This document shows, in pieces, positions 53,604 to 62,724 of a stretch of DNA of 64,000 bases. Every line of letters begins with the position of its first letter. The first letter of the stretch is position 1. The stretch covers positions 82,564 to 146,563 of IMG/VR virus record IMGVR_UViG_3300044712_002337; one strand, given 5' to 3'. Origin of the DNA: a virus (Duplodnaviria; Heunggongvirae; Uroviricota; Caudoviricetes). Position numbers and translations under genes: made by a program. The notes under the pieces were generated by a model, which was given only the letters and a program-made list of their open reading frames with translations, searched no databases and was not told the DNA's origin.

Positions 53604-55865
53604 CACCTCGCACGCCCCGCCGGCGCACGCCACCTCCCCGCCCAGGTTCACCCCGCTCCGCTCCTCCACCATCCCGGCGTAGTCCACCTCCACGTACTCG
53701 GCCTTCAGCCGCTGGTGCAGGTAGTAGCAGTACACGTCTTTCAGACAGTAGGAGGTGAGTTTGACGTCCGAAGCGAAGAGGGCGGCGGCCAGGTCCTTCA
53801 CCTGGTCCAGCCACCACGCCGCCTGCTCCGTCCGCCCCCGCAGGCCGAGCAGCATGTCGCACCACTGCCACAGGGTGACGCTGTCGCCCGCCGGCAGGGC
53901 GTTGAGGAGGGCCGACGCGCGGGCGACCGCCGGGTGCCCGTACCGGGCGAGCATTTCCTCGGCCGTGGGCACGGCGGTGAACGGCGCCTGCACGTAGTCC
54001 TTGTCCCCGCTCTGGGAGATGAGGGACACGCCGGCGTAGTCGGCCTGGTGGGTGAAAATCTGCTCGGCCACCTCCGCCCACTCGTGCTCCCGCACCTTCA
54101 CCGTGTTCGACGTGTTGTGGCACAGGCCGGGCACCACGCACCGGGCCGGGACCGTCCCCGGCCGCACCCAGTTGTTCTGCACCGTCCGCACGTGCCCGAG
54201 GAACTCGACCGCCGTCATGTCGTCCTCCAGCAGCCCCTCGTACTCGACGCAGAAGCGGATGACGTCGTCCGTCCCCTCCCGCGACCAGGCCGACGGCTCG
54301 CACGCCGCCTCGTTCCGGCTCTTGAAGTGCCGGTACGGGGCCTCCTGCCGGTTCGCCTGGACGGTGCGGAACCCGCGGCGGATTTTGCCCGGGTGGCACC
54401 CCGAGTACGAGCCGAGGAGCGACGCCAGGTTGCCGTCCGGCTTCACGCACGTGGTGCGGGCGGCCGGGTTGATGCCGATGCGGGCGGCCACCCGCTCGTT
54501 CCGGGCGACCACCCGCGCCGCGCCCTCCCGCAGGGCGGCCGGGTCCAGGAATATCTCCGGGTGGTGCATCATCCCGCACACGGACACCCCGATGAGCGAT
54601 TCGGCGCGGAAGATGTCCTCGCTCACCGGGCCGACGAACGGCATCTTCGTCATGCCGGCCTGCCAGGTGCCGATTTCCGCCGCCGCCTCCGCCCGCTCGA
54701 AGAAGTCGTCTTTGTCCCGGACGGTCTTACCGTTGACAGAGGACAGGTTGCACCCCTGGAAACCGGACAGCCGGACCTTGCCCGGGGTGTGCGCCCGGTC
54801 CACCGGGCCGTCGTACGCGGCGAAGTACCGGCCCAGTCGGGCCGAGTCGGCCTCGTCCACGAGTAGGTACGGGTACATCCCAATCTCGACACACGGGTTA
54901 TAGCAAAAATCCAGGTCGTCCAACCAGATGAACCCCGGTTCGCCGAACTGCCGGGTGCACTCGAACAGGGCGAAGAACTCCTCCCAGGTGACCTTCCCGC
55001 GGGGCAGCGCGGCCGACATGTTCGCCCGCCCCCGCTGCGGGTTGGCCTCGAACCAGTTGCCCGTCTTGTACGCCCGCATCCGCGGGGAGTCGCGGTCGAA
55101 CACCCCCAGGTTGGCGCTCCGCCGCACCCCGCCGGACACCACCGCGTCCGACCCGTTCAGGTGGTAGTCGGACGCCTGCTCGTCGGTCAGCCGGGTGTGC
55201 CCCTCCCCAATCGCCCGGGCGAGCAGCCGCTTGTTCCGGGCGAGCGCCTGGGCGAGGGGTTTGGGGCCGGGGGCGGTGCCCACCCCGTAGGACAGGGGCG
55301 AGCCGGCCGGGCGGACGTCGTCGAACTCGAACTCCACCTCGCAATCGAAATACTCCTCGTACCCGGGCACCGGCCGGTCGAAGTGGCTGGACAGCTGGAC
55401 GTGGGCGCAGGACGCCCACCCCTCGATGGAGTCGGGCACGCGGTACGGCTTCTTCGGCAGCTTCCGCCCGGCCAGCCGGGCCTTGCTGAACCCGGGCAGG
55501 TGGCGGATGTGCCGCTCCTGCACGCTGTACCCGACCCCGGACCCGGCCAGGAGGAGGTACATGGCCTGGCCGAAGAAGCTGAGGCGGTCGACGTTGGAGC
55601 TGCAGCAGTTGTAGGTGCGAGCCTCGTGTTTGAGCAGCGGCGGGCCGCCGAACTGCAGGCTCCGCATGCTCGGCAGAACGTCCATCGGCCGGACGTAGCG
55701 GTCGGCCAGGTGGCGAATCCGGCCGGCCTCGCCCGGGTACTTGGTGGCGAACCCGTCCGCCCACCGCTCGACCGTCTCCGGCCACACCTCGCGGCGGTTG
55801 AGCTCCTGGATGTGGCGGGCGTATTTGGAGACGGACGTGTACTTCTGGAGTTCGGCGACGGACAT
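53601..55865 (-). CDS. ribonucleotide reductase catalytic protein (class II-like)
   Basis: CYNPCVEIGM (NPC(G/V)EI) catalytic motif, C-terminal Cys pair CAGGACEV; internal ATG start. Confidence 0.8.
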   Translation of the reverse strand: MSVAELQKYTSVSKYARHIQELNRREVWPETVERWADGFATKYPGEAGRIRHLADRYVRPMDVLPSMRSLQFGGPPLLKHEARTYNCCSSNVDRLSFFGQAMYLLLAGSGVGYSVQERHIRHLPGFSKARLAGRKLPKKPYRVPDSIEGWASCAHVQLSSHFDRPVPGYEEYFDCEVEFEFDDVRPAGSPLSYGVGTAPGPKPLAQALARNKRLLARAIGEGHTRLTDEQASDYHLNGSDAVVSGGVRRSANLGVFDRDSPRMRAYKTGNWFEANPQRGRANMSAALPRGKVTWEEFFALFECTRQFGEPGFIWLDDLDFCYNPCVEIGMYPYLLVDEADSARLGRYFAAYDGPVDRAHTPGKVRLSGFQGCNLSSVNGKTVRDKDDFFERAEAAAEIGTWQAGMTKMPFVGPVSEDIFRAESLIGVSVCGMMHHPEIFLDPAALREGAARVVARNERVAARIGINPAARTTCVKPDGNLASLLGSYSGCHPGKIRRGFRTVQANRQEAPYRHFKSRNEAACEPSAWSREGTDDVIRFCVEYEGLLEDDMTAVEFLGHVRTVQNNWVRPGTVPARCVVPGLCHNTSNTVKVREHEWAEVAEQIFTHQADYAGVSLISQSGDKDYVQAPFTAVPTAEEMLARYGHPAVARASALLNALPAGDSVTLWQWCDMLLGLRGRTEQAAWWLDQVKDLAAALFASDVKLTSYCLKDVYCYYLHQRLKAEYVEVDYAGMVEERSGVNLGGEVACAGGACEV

Positions 55866-56016
55866 CACTGTTCCTTGGCTCGGGGCGGCGGACCGGAATC
55901 GGCGAGGTGCTAGTACCCCCGGCGGAGACGGGTATTGTACAGGTTTTTGTAAAATAGAAAAGGCCACCCGGAGGCGGCCCCGTCCCCTTTTCCTCGCCCC
56001 GCCCGTAGGCCGGGCG

Positions 56017-56415
56017 TCACCGCCGCCCGCGGAACTCCCGCCACAGCTTGAAGAGCTCGACGGCCAGCCCGGCGATGGTGACCAGGTCCGTCAGGCCGAA
56101 CTTGGCGGCTTCCGCCCGCAGCTCGTCGGCCGCCGCCGTCAACTCCCGCACCGCCAGGGCGACCGACGGGTCCGCCAGGGCGGCCGCGACGTCGGCCCGG
56201 AGGGCCGCCATAACGGGAGCGGCGGCAACGCCTTCGGGAACGGCCCGCGGGGCCGGCGAGAGCCGGTCGGCGACCGGGGCGACGGCGACGAGCACCCGCC
56301 CGCCGGACCGGCACGCGTCGCCGTACCGCTGGCCCCGCACGGCCTCGGTCAGCTCCTTCATCTCGGCCGTCACGTTCCGCACGGCGGCCAGGTAGTCTTG
56401 GATGGTGTCGAACAT
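56017..56415 (-). CDS. hypothetical protein
   Basis: internal ATG preceded by TTTGCGAGCGTCGCGAACAA leader, hairpins and cassette. Confidence 0.4.
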   Translation of the reverse strand: MFDTIQDYLAAVRNVTAEMKELTEAVRGQRYGDACRSGGRVLVAVAPVADRLSPAPRAVPEGVAAAPVMAALRADVAAALADPSVALAVRELTAAADELRAEAAKFGLTDLVTIAGLAVELFKLWREFRGRR

Positions 56416-56429
56416 TTGTTCGCGACGCT

Positions 56430-56528
56430 CGCAAAGAGTGGGTGGAATGTTTCCTTTTACCGTCACGCGGGGGGCGGAGCCCCCGAAGCCCCGTCGGCCC
56501 GCGGCCGACATTTTAAAAGGGGAAATTA
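56430..56528. repeat. cassette: leader + hairpins + ACATTTTAAAAGGGGAAATTA Confidence 0.5.
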
Positions 56529-56724
56529 CACGTCCGGGCAGACCGGCCGGACCGCCTTGTCGCCCAGCGGGTGCTTCGCCACCTCCACCCGGAACGGGCG
56601 GGGCCGGGCGTCCGGGCCGGACACGGCGTTCAGCCGGGCCCACAGGTCGCCGGCATACACGTCGTATTCCAAAGAATAACTCCGTAGGGGGTGAACGAAC
56701 CGCTCACCGGCACCCGGCCGGGGT

Positions 56725-57102
56725 TCAGGTCCCGCCCAGCTGGGCGGCGTAGCTCGGGAAGGCGGGGGCCGCCGCCGGGGCGGGCCGGAAGACGACGGCG
56801 GGGGCGGCCGCCCGCTCGACCGTCGGCACCCCGTTGCGGAGGGCGCACACCACCGCGTCCCCGGCCCGGGTGACCGACCCGTCGCTCAGGGTGATCCCGA
56901 CCAGGGGGTCGCCGGCCGGGTCGGCGCCCAGGCGGACGGCGACGGCCTCGCCGCCCGCCACGCGGGCCACCAGCCGCTCGTACGGCGACGGCCCGGGGGG
57001 CGGGGCGGCTTCCGGGGGGAAGGCGGGCGGCGGGTCGGCCGGGGCGGGCTCGACCATCGCCGGGGCGTCGAAGAACTTCGGCTCGGGAACGTCTGCGTCC
57101 AC
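56725..57102 (-). CDS. hypothetical Pro/Ala-rich protein
   Basis: GTG after GGAG; low complexity. Confidence 0.25.
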   Translation of the reverse strand: MDADVPEPKFFDAPAMVEPAPADPPPAFPPEAAPPPGPSPYERLVARVAGGEAVAVRLGADPAGDPLVGITLSDGSVTRAGDAVVCALRNGVPTVERAAAPAVVFRPAPAAAPAFPSYAAQLGGT

Positions 57103-57105
57103 GGG

Positions 57106-57978
57106 TCACTCCGCGAAGTTGGGGGTCGGGACGTCCAGGTCGTCGTTGAGGAGGTACACCGTCCGCAGGGCCCAGCACCCGTACAGGGGGGCGCCCCGCT
57201 CCACCCGCTCGACCGGCACCACCCCGAACCCGTCGTCCCCCCACACGGGGAACTTCAGCTGGCGGCCCCGCTCGTCGCGGAACGCCGGCGTGTGCGAGTC
57301 GCCGTGGTGGTTGTTGAACAGGATGCCGACGCCGGACGGGCTGAGGGCGTACCCCATCACCACCCCGCAGGCGAGCACCGAGTGCCCGCCCTTCCCGCCC
57401 CGCCCGGCCACCGGCAAATGGCCGGTCGGCCCGGGGTTGGCGTCCGAGTCCCACCAGTCGATGCCGATGTTCACCGGGTCGTTGTTCAGCAGGGCGGACA
57501 CCACGTCCTCCCGCGTCACGCACTGCTCCCACTCGTCGGCGCGGAACAGGGCCCGCCGCCGCTGGGCGTCCTCCGGGAACCGCCGCGGGCGGTCGTACCA
57601 CTCGGGCAGGTCCGGGGTGACCGGGAACAGACCCCGCTCGGCGATGGCCCGGATGCTCTCCAGCGGCATGGTGCCGACGTTGAAGTCGTTGCCCGTGTCC
57701 TCGGCGAACCCGGCCACGTAGCTCACCTCCGGGTACTTGCCCGGGGTGCCGGCCATGAACGCGTACTTCGTCTGGTACGCCTTGCCGGTGGTGTGCCAGT
57801 TGCACGAGGGGACGTGCCTCTGACACTTACCCCTTGGCACATAAGGCTTGAGAGCGTCCGACGACCGCCACTCGCCCGGGGGGATTCGCGCCCCCGTGTA
57901 CGGGGCGCAACATTTGCCCACCCGCGTGTCCATGGGCTGCGGCAGGCAGCCGGTCGCCATCTTGATGGTGTCGTCCAC
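57106..57978 (-). CDS. hypothetical protein (Cys/His-rich)
   Basis: 290-aa ORF. Confidence 0.45.
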   Translation of the reverse strand: MDDTIKMATGCLPQPMDTRVGKCCAPYTGARIPPGEWRSSDALKPYVPRGKCQRHVPSCNWHTTGKAYQTKYAFMAGTPGKYPEVSYVAGFAEDTGNDFNVGTMPLESIRAIAERGLFPVTPDLPEWYDRPRRFPEDAQRRRALFRADEWEQCVTREDVVSALLNNDPVNIGIDWWDSDANPGPTGHLPVAGRGGKGGHSVLACGVVMGYALSPSGVGILFNNHHGDSHTPAFRDERGRQLKFPVWGDDGFGVVPVERVERGAPLYGCWALRTVYLLNDDLDVPTPNFAE

Positions 57979-57979
57979 G

Positions 57980-58768
57980 TCAGCCCCCGATGCGGTCGAG
58001 GATGGAAATGAGTTCGGCGGGGGTGGCCGGGGCCGGCCCCTCGTACAGCACGGCGTTGGTGGCCAGGTCGACCAGGTACAGTTGCGGGAGCGTCTTCCCC
58101 TTCGCCCGGTCGACGTACGGCTTCAGCTTGTCCGGCGTCGTCTTCGTCACCGGGTCCTTGACGTTCTGGTCGACCACGACGGGGGCCGCGTGCCCCTTCG
58201 CCTTCCACCGCTCGGCCAACGCTTTGTCGGTGAAGAACTCGGCCCGCTTGGCGGTGGCGTCGGCCGTCTCCTCCACCACCACCGCCTTCAGCTTGACCGC
58301 CCGGGGGGCGGGCTTCGGGTCGACCACCGGCGGCTTCCCCTTGCCGTCGTCCGGGGGCGGCTCGCCGGCGTCGGCGTACAGCGTCCGCCGCACCACCTCC
58401 GCCTCCCCCTTCAGCCCGACCGGGGCGACCAGGAGTTCCACCCGCCCGGTGGCCGCCGCCTCCACCGAGTAGACGAACTTCCCCTTGTACTCCCGCGTCT
58501 CCGTCTTCCCGCCGCCGTCCACGAACCGCCCGCGGACGCGGAGCGGCCCCGGCTCGGCCGTCACCCGCACCAGCCCCTTCGGGCTGGACAGGACCACCAG
58601 CTCGACGTCCGAGTCGAGCATGTACAGCCGGTCGGGGGCCAGCTTGGGCACCACCGCCGGGGCGGCCGGCTCGGCCGGGCAGTCGGCCGGCAGGCGGACC
58701 GGCGGGTCGGCGGCGGCCGCCGCCCCCACGGCCAGGACGAGGGCCAGCGGCCCGAACCAGTTACGCAT
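57980..58768 (-). CDS. hypothetical secreted protein
   Basis: signal peptide MRNWFGPLALVLAVGAAAAA. Confidence 0.45.
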   Translation of the reverse strand: MRNWFGPLALVLAVGAAAAADPPVRLPADCPAEPAAPAVVPKLAPDRLYMLDSDVELVVLSSPKGLVRVTAEPGPLRVRGRFVDGGGKTETREYKGKFVYSVEAAATGRVELLVAPVGLKGEAEVVRRTLYADAGEPPPDDGKGKPPVVDPKPAPRAVKLKAVVVEETADATAKRAEFFTDKALAERWKAKGHAAPVVVDQNVKDPVTKTTPDKLKPYVDRAKGKTLPQLYLVDLATNAVLYEGPAPATPAELISILDRIGG

Positions 58769-59297
58769 GAGTCTCGGTCTCCTCGGTATGGAGCTCCGCC
58801 ACTTCGCGGAGCTTGGCCAGCCCCTGGCGGAGCAGGCGGGCGAACACGTTCTTCCCCACCCCCAGCTCGGCCGCCGCCTCCCGGCGGGTCTTCCCCTCCA
58901 GGAACACCTTGGTGACCGCCGCCCGCTGGGCGGCCGGCAGGCACCCCCGCACCCACCCGGCCACCCGCCCGACGGCCGCCGCGTGGGCGGGGGCGGGGGG
59001 CGGGGGCGGCTCGGCCGGGCGGTCGAGCAGCAGCCCGGCCGGCACCGGGGCGCGGGCGTACGCCTTGGCCAGGGAGGCGAGCCGCTTCTTCAGGAAGAAG
59101 CGGACGGTGCTGGTGAACTTCTGCCCGCCGTCCCGGTGCCCCTTCACCGCCCGCCGCACCGCCTCGTACCCGGCGCTCTCCACGTCGTCCGGGTCGGCCC
59201 AGGCGGTGGCCCGGTGGTAGTACCGCAGCAGCCGGGCCACCGCCGGGCGGGCCAGGGCGGCCTCCACCGACCGCGGGTTGGTCAGTTCCTCATCCAC
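58761..59297 (-). CDS. ECF-type sigma-70 family sigma factor
   Basis: region 4 VTKVFLEGKTRREAAAELGVGKNVFARLLRQGLAKLRE. Confidence 0.6.
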   Translation of the reverse strand: MDEELTNPRSVEAALARPAVARLLRYYHRATAWADPDDVESAGYEAVRRAVKGHRDGGQKFTSTVRFFLKKRLASLAKAYARAPVPAGLLLDRPAEPPPPPAPAHAAAVGRVAGWVRGCLPAAQRAAVTKVFLEGKTRREAAAELGVGKNVFARLLRQGLAKLREVAELHTEETETHA

Positions 59298-59847
59298 GCG
59301 CCGCCACCCCCCACAGCCCGCCGGCGGCGGCCACCGCCCGCTCCACCTCGCCCCCGGTCCGCCGGCCGACGCACCGGTAGGTGGGCTCGTCCCGGTCGGG
59401 GTTGCTCGGCGGCCCTTCGAGCACCGCCCAGTGGCGGTGCCGGGCCAACCCCCGGCACAGCTTTTCGAGCCGGGACCGCCGCCGCGGGCCGCACAGGGCC
59501 TCCTCGATGCGGCCGCGGACCTCCTCGTCCTCGAACTGGGTGCCGATCCCGACCAGGAACCGGTAGCGGGTGAGCGGCTCCAGGATTTCCACCCCGCGGA
59601 CCGCCTCCACCCGGCCGAGGTCGGCCTCGGTCACGTCGAACGGGGCGGCGGCCACCCACATGGCGCAGTGGCGGGTGAGCAGGTTGCGGCGGTCGTTGCA
59701 CACCAGCCCCAGGTTGGTGGCCGCGACGGGCGGGTCGACGAAGGTGATTCTCCCCCGCACCTCGTCCGCCAGGTCCTCCCACGGGGCCCCGCCGGGCGGC
59801 TCGGGGCGGGCGAGGGGGTCGACCCACGGGAGCCATCGGATGGTCAT
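59290..59847 (-). CDS. hypothetical protein
   Basis: 185-aa ORF. Confidence 0.45.
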   Translation of the reverse strand: MTIRWLPWVDPLARPEPPGGAPWEDLADEVRGRITFVDPPVAATNLGLVCNDRRNLLTRHCAMWVAAAPFDVTEADLGRVEAVRGVEILEPLTRYRFLVGIGTQFEDEEVRGRIEEALCGPRRRSRLEKLCRGLARHRHWAVLEGPPSNPDRDEPTYRCVGRRTGGEVERAVAAAGGLWGVAARG

Positions 59848-60650
59848 ACTTTCCGGAACTCCGTGGTCAGTTCGAACGTGCCGTCCGGGAGTGGGACTTT
59901 TTGATAATCACCGAACAAATTAGGTGAGTCCGAAACCAAGACGTCCAACATCGCGGCCGCCAGCTTGCGGATTTCCGGCTCGGCGTGGCGGCTCCCCCGC
60001 TGCTCCAGGAAGTGCCGGGCGGCGCGGGCGTTCAGCGTGCAGGTGATTTTCGTCTCGGTCGCGTTCGGCAGGACGGAGCGGGCGGCCTGGCGGGCGGCCT
60101 TGCGGATGTCCGTTTTAGAAGCGTCCGCCGGGAGCATGGCCGCCGCCCGCGAATCCGGGTCGGCCAGTTTTGCGGCCAGTTTGTTGGACAGCGACACGTA
60201 CATGTTGTGAGCGTTGACCATCGCCACCCCCCACATCGCCCGCAGTTCCGGGTCTGCCGCGATGACGTCCGGGCACACGTACTCGGCCACCGACTCGTCC
60301 ACGTACCGCTGGCTCAACTGGCTGTACGCCCAGCCGGCCCGATGCCGGACTAGTTCATGGGAGAGCGAGCGGGAGATGCCGGTGATGATAAAAGTCCAGA
60401 CGGCGTGCTCGGCGACTGAGCCATGCCCCGTCTCCAGAATGTGTCCGAGGTACGCCTTATTCCCGCCGGGGCGAGGTTTGGCGTAGCTCATGTAACAAAT
60501 CCGGCCGGCCGTCTCGGTGACCACCTCGGCGGCCACCTCGCTGTCGCTCTCCCAGGTCACCTCGTGGTCCGCCAGGAAGCGGTCCAGTTCGCCCTGGACG
60601 AGGGTCTGCTTGCTCAGCAGGTAGACCGACGGCTCGGTGATGAGTTTCAT
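59844..60650 (-). CDS. thyX: flavin-dependent thymidylate synthase ThyX
   Basis: ThyX signature ELVRHRAGWAYSQLSQRY (RHRxxxxxxxSxR). Confidence 0.8.
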   Translation of the reverse strand: MKLITEPSVYLLSKQTLVQGELDRFLADHEVTWESDSEVAAEVVTETAGRICYMSYAKPRPGGNKAYLGHILETGHGSVAEHAVWTFIITGISRSLSHELVRHRAGWAYSQLSQRYVDESVAEYVCPDVIAADPELRAMWGVAMVNAHNMYVSLSNKLAAKLADPDSRAAAMLPADASKTDIRKAARQAARSVLPNATETKITCTLNARAARHFLEQRGSRHAEPEIRKLAAAMLDVLVSDSPNLFGDYQKVPLPDGTFELTTEFRKV

Positions 60651-60706
60651 TTCACCCTTTTAACATTGCGGGCGGGGCCCGCGGGGGTGTGGGGGCGTCC
60701 CCCACG

Positions 60707-61003
60707 TCAGAGGCGGACGGCCCGCGGCCCGACCGCCGGCCCCGACTCCCGGGCGTGCCCGGCCACGCCCCACAGGTGGTCGACGCTGTCGGCCAGCCGC
60801 CCGTCCCCGAATTTCTCCCCGACGGCCGCCAGCAGGCGGGCCAGCTTCGGGTTCCAGTCGGCCAGGCTCTCCATCAGCCGGCCGAGGTCGCGGGCCGACC
60901 CGCCGGGCGGGAGCACCAGGCGGGCCGTGTACCCGTCCGCGTCGGCCTCGAACACGACCGCCGGCTTGGCGGGCTCGGACGGGGGGCGGGGGAAGGGCCA
61001 CAT
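60707..61003 (-). CDS. hypothetical protein (leaderless candidate)
   Basis: ATG 6 nt downstream of TAAAAT. Confidence 0.4.
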   Translation of the reverse strand: MWPFPRPPSEPAKPAVVFEADADGYTARLVLPPGGSARDLGRLMESLADWNPKLARLLAAVGEKFGDGRLADSVDHLWGVAGHARESGPAVGPRAVRL

Positions 61004-61009
61004 GTTACT

Positions 61010-61038
61010 ATTTTACAGAAACCAGGCCGAAGAGTCAA
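61010..61038 (-). promoter_or_regulatory. sigma-70-like promoter, leaderless arrangement
   Basis: minus strand TTGACT -N17- TAAAAT -agtaac- ATG. Confidence 0.5.
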
Positions 61039-61040
61039 CC

Positions 61041-61072
61041 CCTCCCCGGGCCCGCGGGGCGTCCGATTTATT
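61041..61072. repeat. cassette: CCCGCGGG + GATTTATTTTAAAAGGGTAAAATATCA abutting minus-gene stop Confidence 0.5.
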
Positions 61073-61654
61073 TTAAAAGGGTAAAATATCATCTGGGGCT
61101 CCGCCCCAGCCCCCAGACGGCGGCGGGCCCCCGCCCCCGCCGAACAGGTCGAGCAGCAGCAGCCCGAGCGGCAGCTCGTGCAGGTGGTCGACGCGGGTGA
61201 ACACCGGGCCGAGCAGGTCCGCCCCGCGGTACAGCCGGCAGGCGGCGTTCCCGCTCGGGGAGGTGACCTCCCGCACGCCCTCGGTCCGCTCGAAGAACGC
61301 CTTGAACCGGCCCGTCGGGCACACCCACACCTCGTCCCCGAGCACGTAGCACCACAGGTCGGAGGTGGACGCCGCCAGGCCGGTCGGGACACCTTTCTTG
61401 GGGTTACTATGTTCGACCGCGAGATTACCCGTCGACTGGAACCTCACATCGAACTTGATTTCCGCCTTCCGCCACACGCCCCCGACCTGGAACAGGACGT
61501 CGTTCGTGCGGCACTCGGACACCCGCACCGGGACGGCCCGCTGGAGCACCTGCAGGAGCCGCTGCTCGCCTAGCTTGCCGTAGGCGAGGTCGCGGACGAA
61601 CCCGCCTTTGGATTCCGAGCGAACTCGCGGAGTTCGGACGCCGTTTTTAGCCAC
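61073..61654 (-). CDS. hypothetical protein
   Basis: 193-aa ORF; start uncertain. Confidence 0.4.
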   Translation of the reverse strand: MAKNGVRTPRVRSESKGGFVRDLAYGKLGEQRLLQVLQRAVPVRVSECRTNDVLFQVGGVWRKAEIKFDVRFQSTGNLAVEHSNPKKGVPTGLAASTSDLWCYVLGDEVWVCPTGRFKAFFERTEGVREVTSPSGNAACRLYRGADLLGPVFTRVDHLHELPLGLLLLDLFGGGGGPPPSGGWGGAPDDILPF

Positions 61655-62724
61655 GTGTGCTTCCTGGCGAACAGGGGGCCGAGGGGATTGGGGGTGTACG
61701 AAGAAGGAGAAGTCCGGTACCGCTCGTACTCGCCGCGGAGGGCGGCCGCGGCGGCGTCCAGCTCGTCATCCGCGCATTCGTACCAGCCGGCTTCCCCGGT
61801 GTACGGGATGAACGGCGGCTCCCGCATCGGGGCGTGCCGCGACGCCTTCAGCATGAACGCCCCGGCCTCGGGCCCGTACTCGTGCCCCGAGTTGTCGCTC
61901 ATGAAAACGCGGCCGCCCACGGCGGCCACTTCGGCCGCCTCCAGGTTCCACCCCTCCGCCCGGGCGGGGAACAGGCCGACCTGGGCCCGCCTCATGAGCG
62001 AGGCGAGTTCGCCCTGCGTTTGGAACCGGGTCGCGGACACGTGGACCTTTCCGGCCCGGCCCATCGGCGACCGCGTCGCCCACTTCCCCCACTGCCGCGA
62101 GACGTCCGGGCCGTCGAACCCGGGGGCCTTGAGCCAGTTGTGCGAGTGCATCACCAGCAAGGCGTCGTCGTCCGGCCGGAACGCCCGGTTGAAAATGTCG
62201 ACCACCTGGTCGCACCCCTTGCGGACCTCCCACTTGCCGGCAAACAGGACGACGAAAGTGGAGTCCGCGACCCCGGGGAGAGCGGCCGGGGTGACGCCGG
62301 GGTGAAAGATGGCTGTGTCTACACCGGGCCGGACCACGGCGACCGGGACGGTCACCCCGCTGTCCCGCAGCACCTTCTCCGCCCACCGGGTGGGGACCGC
62401 CACCCCGTCCAGCGTGTTGAGACCGCGGGCGCGGTCCCCGGGGAGTCGGTCGAGTTCGAAGAAGGTGTAGAGGACCCGGGGCCCGTTGAGGCCCCGGAGG
62501 GGGCTCAGGTCGAAGTCGTGCCACACCAGCAGGGTGGGGTCTTCGGGGTCCGGCTCCGGCAATTGCCCCAGCAGGTGTTCGAACTCGTCCGCGTACTCCC
62601 CCGACAGGTCCGGCTCGTGGACGCACCGGAACGCGAAGGGTTCCCCGAGCTGGGCGAGGCCGCGGAGGACGCCCTTCCCCGTCTGGCCGAATCCTGTGGA
62701 ATTTAAACAGGTCACCAAATTCAC
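61570..62724 (-). CDS. glycosyltransferase family 1 (GT4-like)
   Basis: EGWNLEAAEVAAVGGRV; GTGA overlap with upstream stop. Confidence 0.6.
   Translation of the reverse strand: MNLVTCLNSTGFGQTGKGVLRGLAQLGEPFAFRCVHEPDLSGEYADEFEHLLGQLPEPDPEDPTLLVWHDFDLSPLRGLNGPRVLYTFFELDRLPGDRARGLNTLDGVAVPTRWAEKVLRDSGVTVPVAVVRPGVDTAIFHPGVTPAALPGVADSTFVVLFAGKWEVRKGCDQVVDIFNRAFRPDDDALLVMHSHNWLKAPGFDGPDVSRQWGKWATRSPMGRAGKVHVSATRFQTQGELASLMRRAQVGLFPARAEGWNLEAAEVAAVGGRVFMSDNSGHEYGPEAGAFMLKASRHAPMREPPFIPYTGEAGWYECADDELDAAAAALRGEYERYRTSPSSYTPNPLGPLFARKHTWLKTASELREFARNPKAGSSATSPTAS

Noticed and set aside
53715-54866. 383-aa plus-strand ORF and 53581..54579 minus ORF
   Set aside because: Both lie within the RNR gene (NPCVEI motif frame is the real one).
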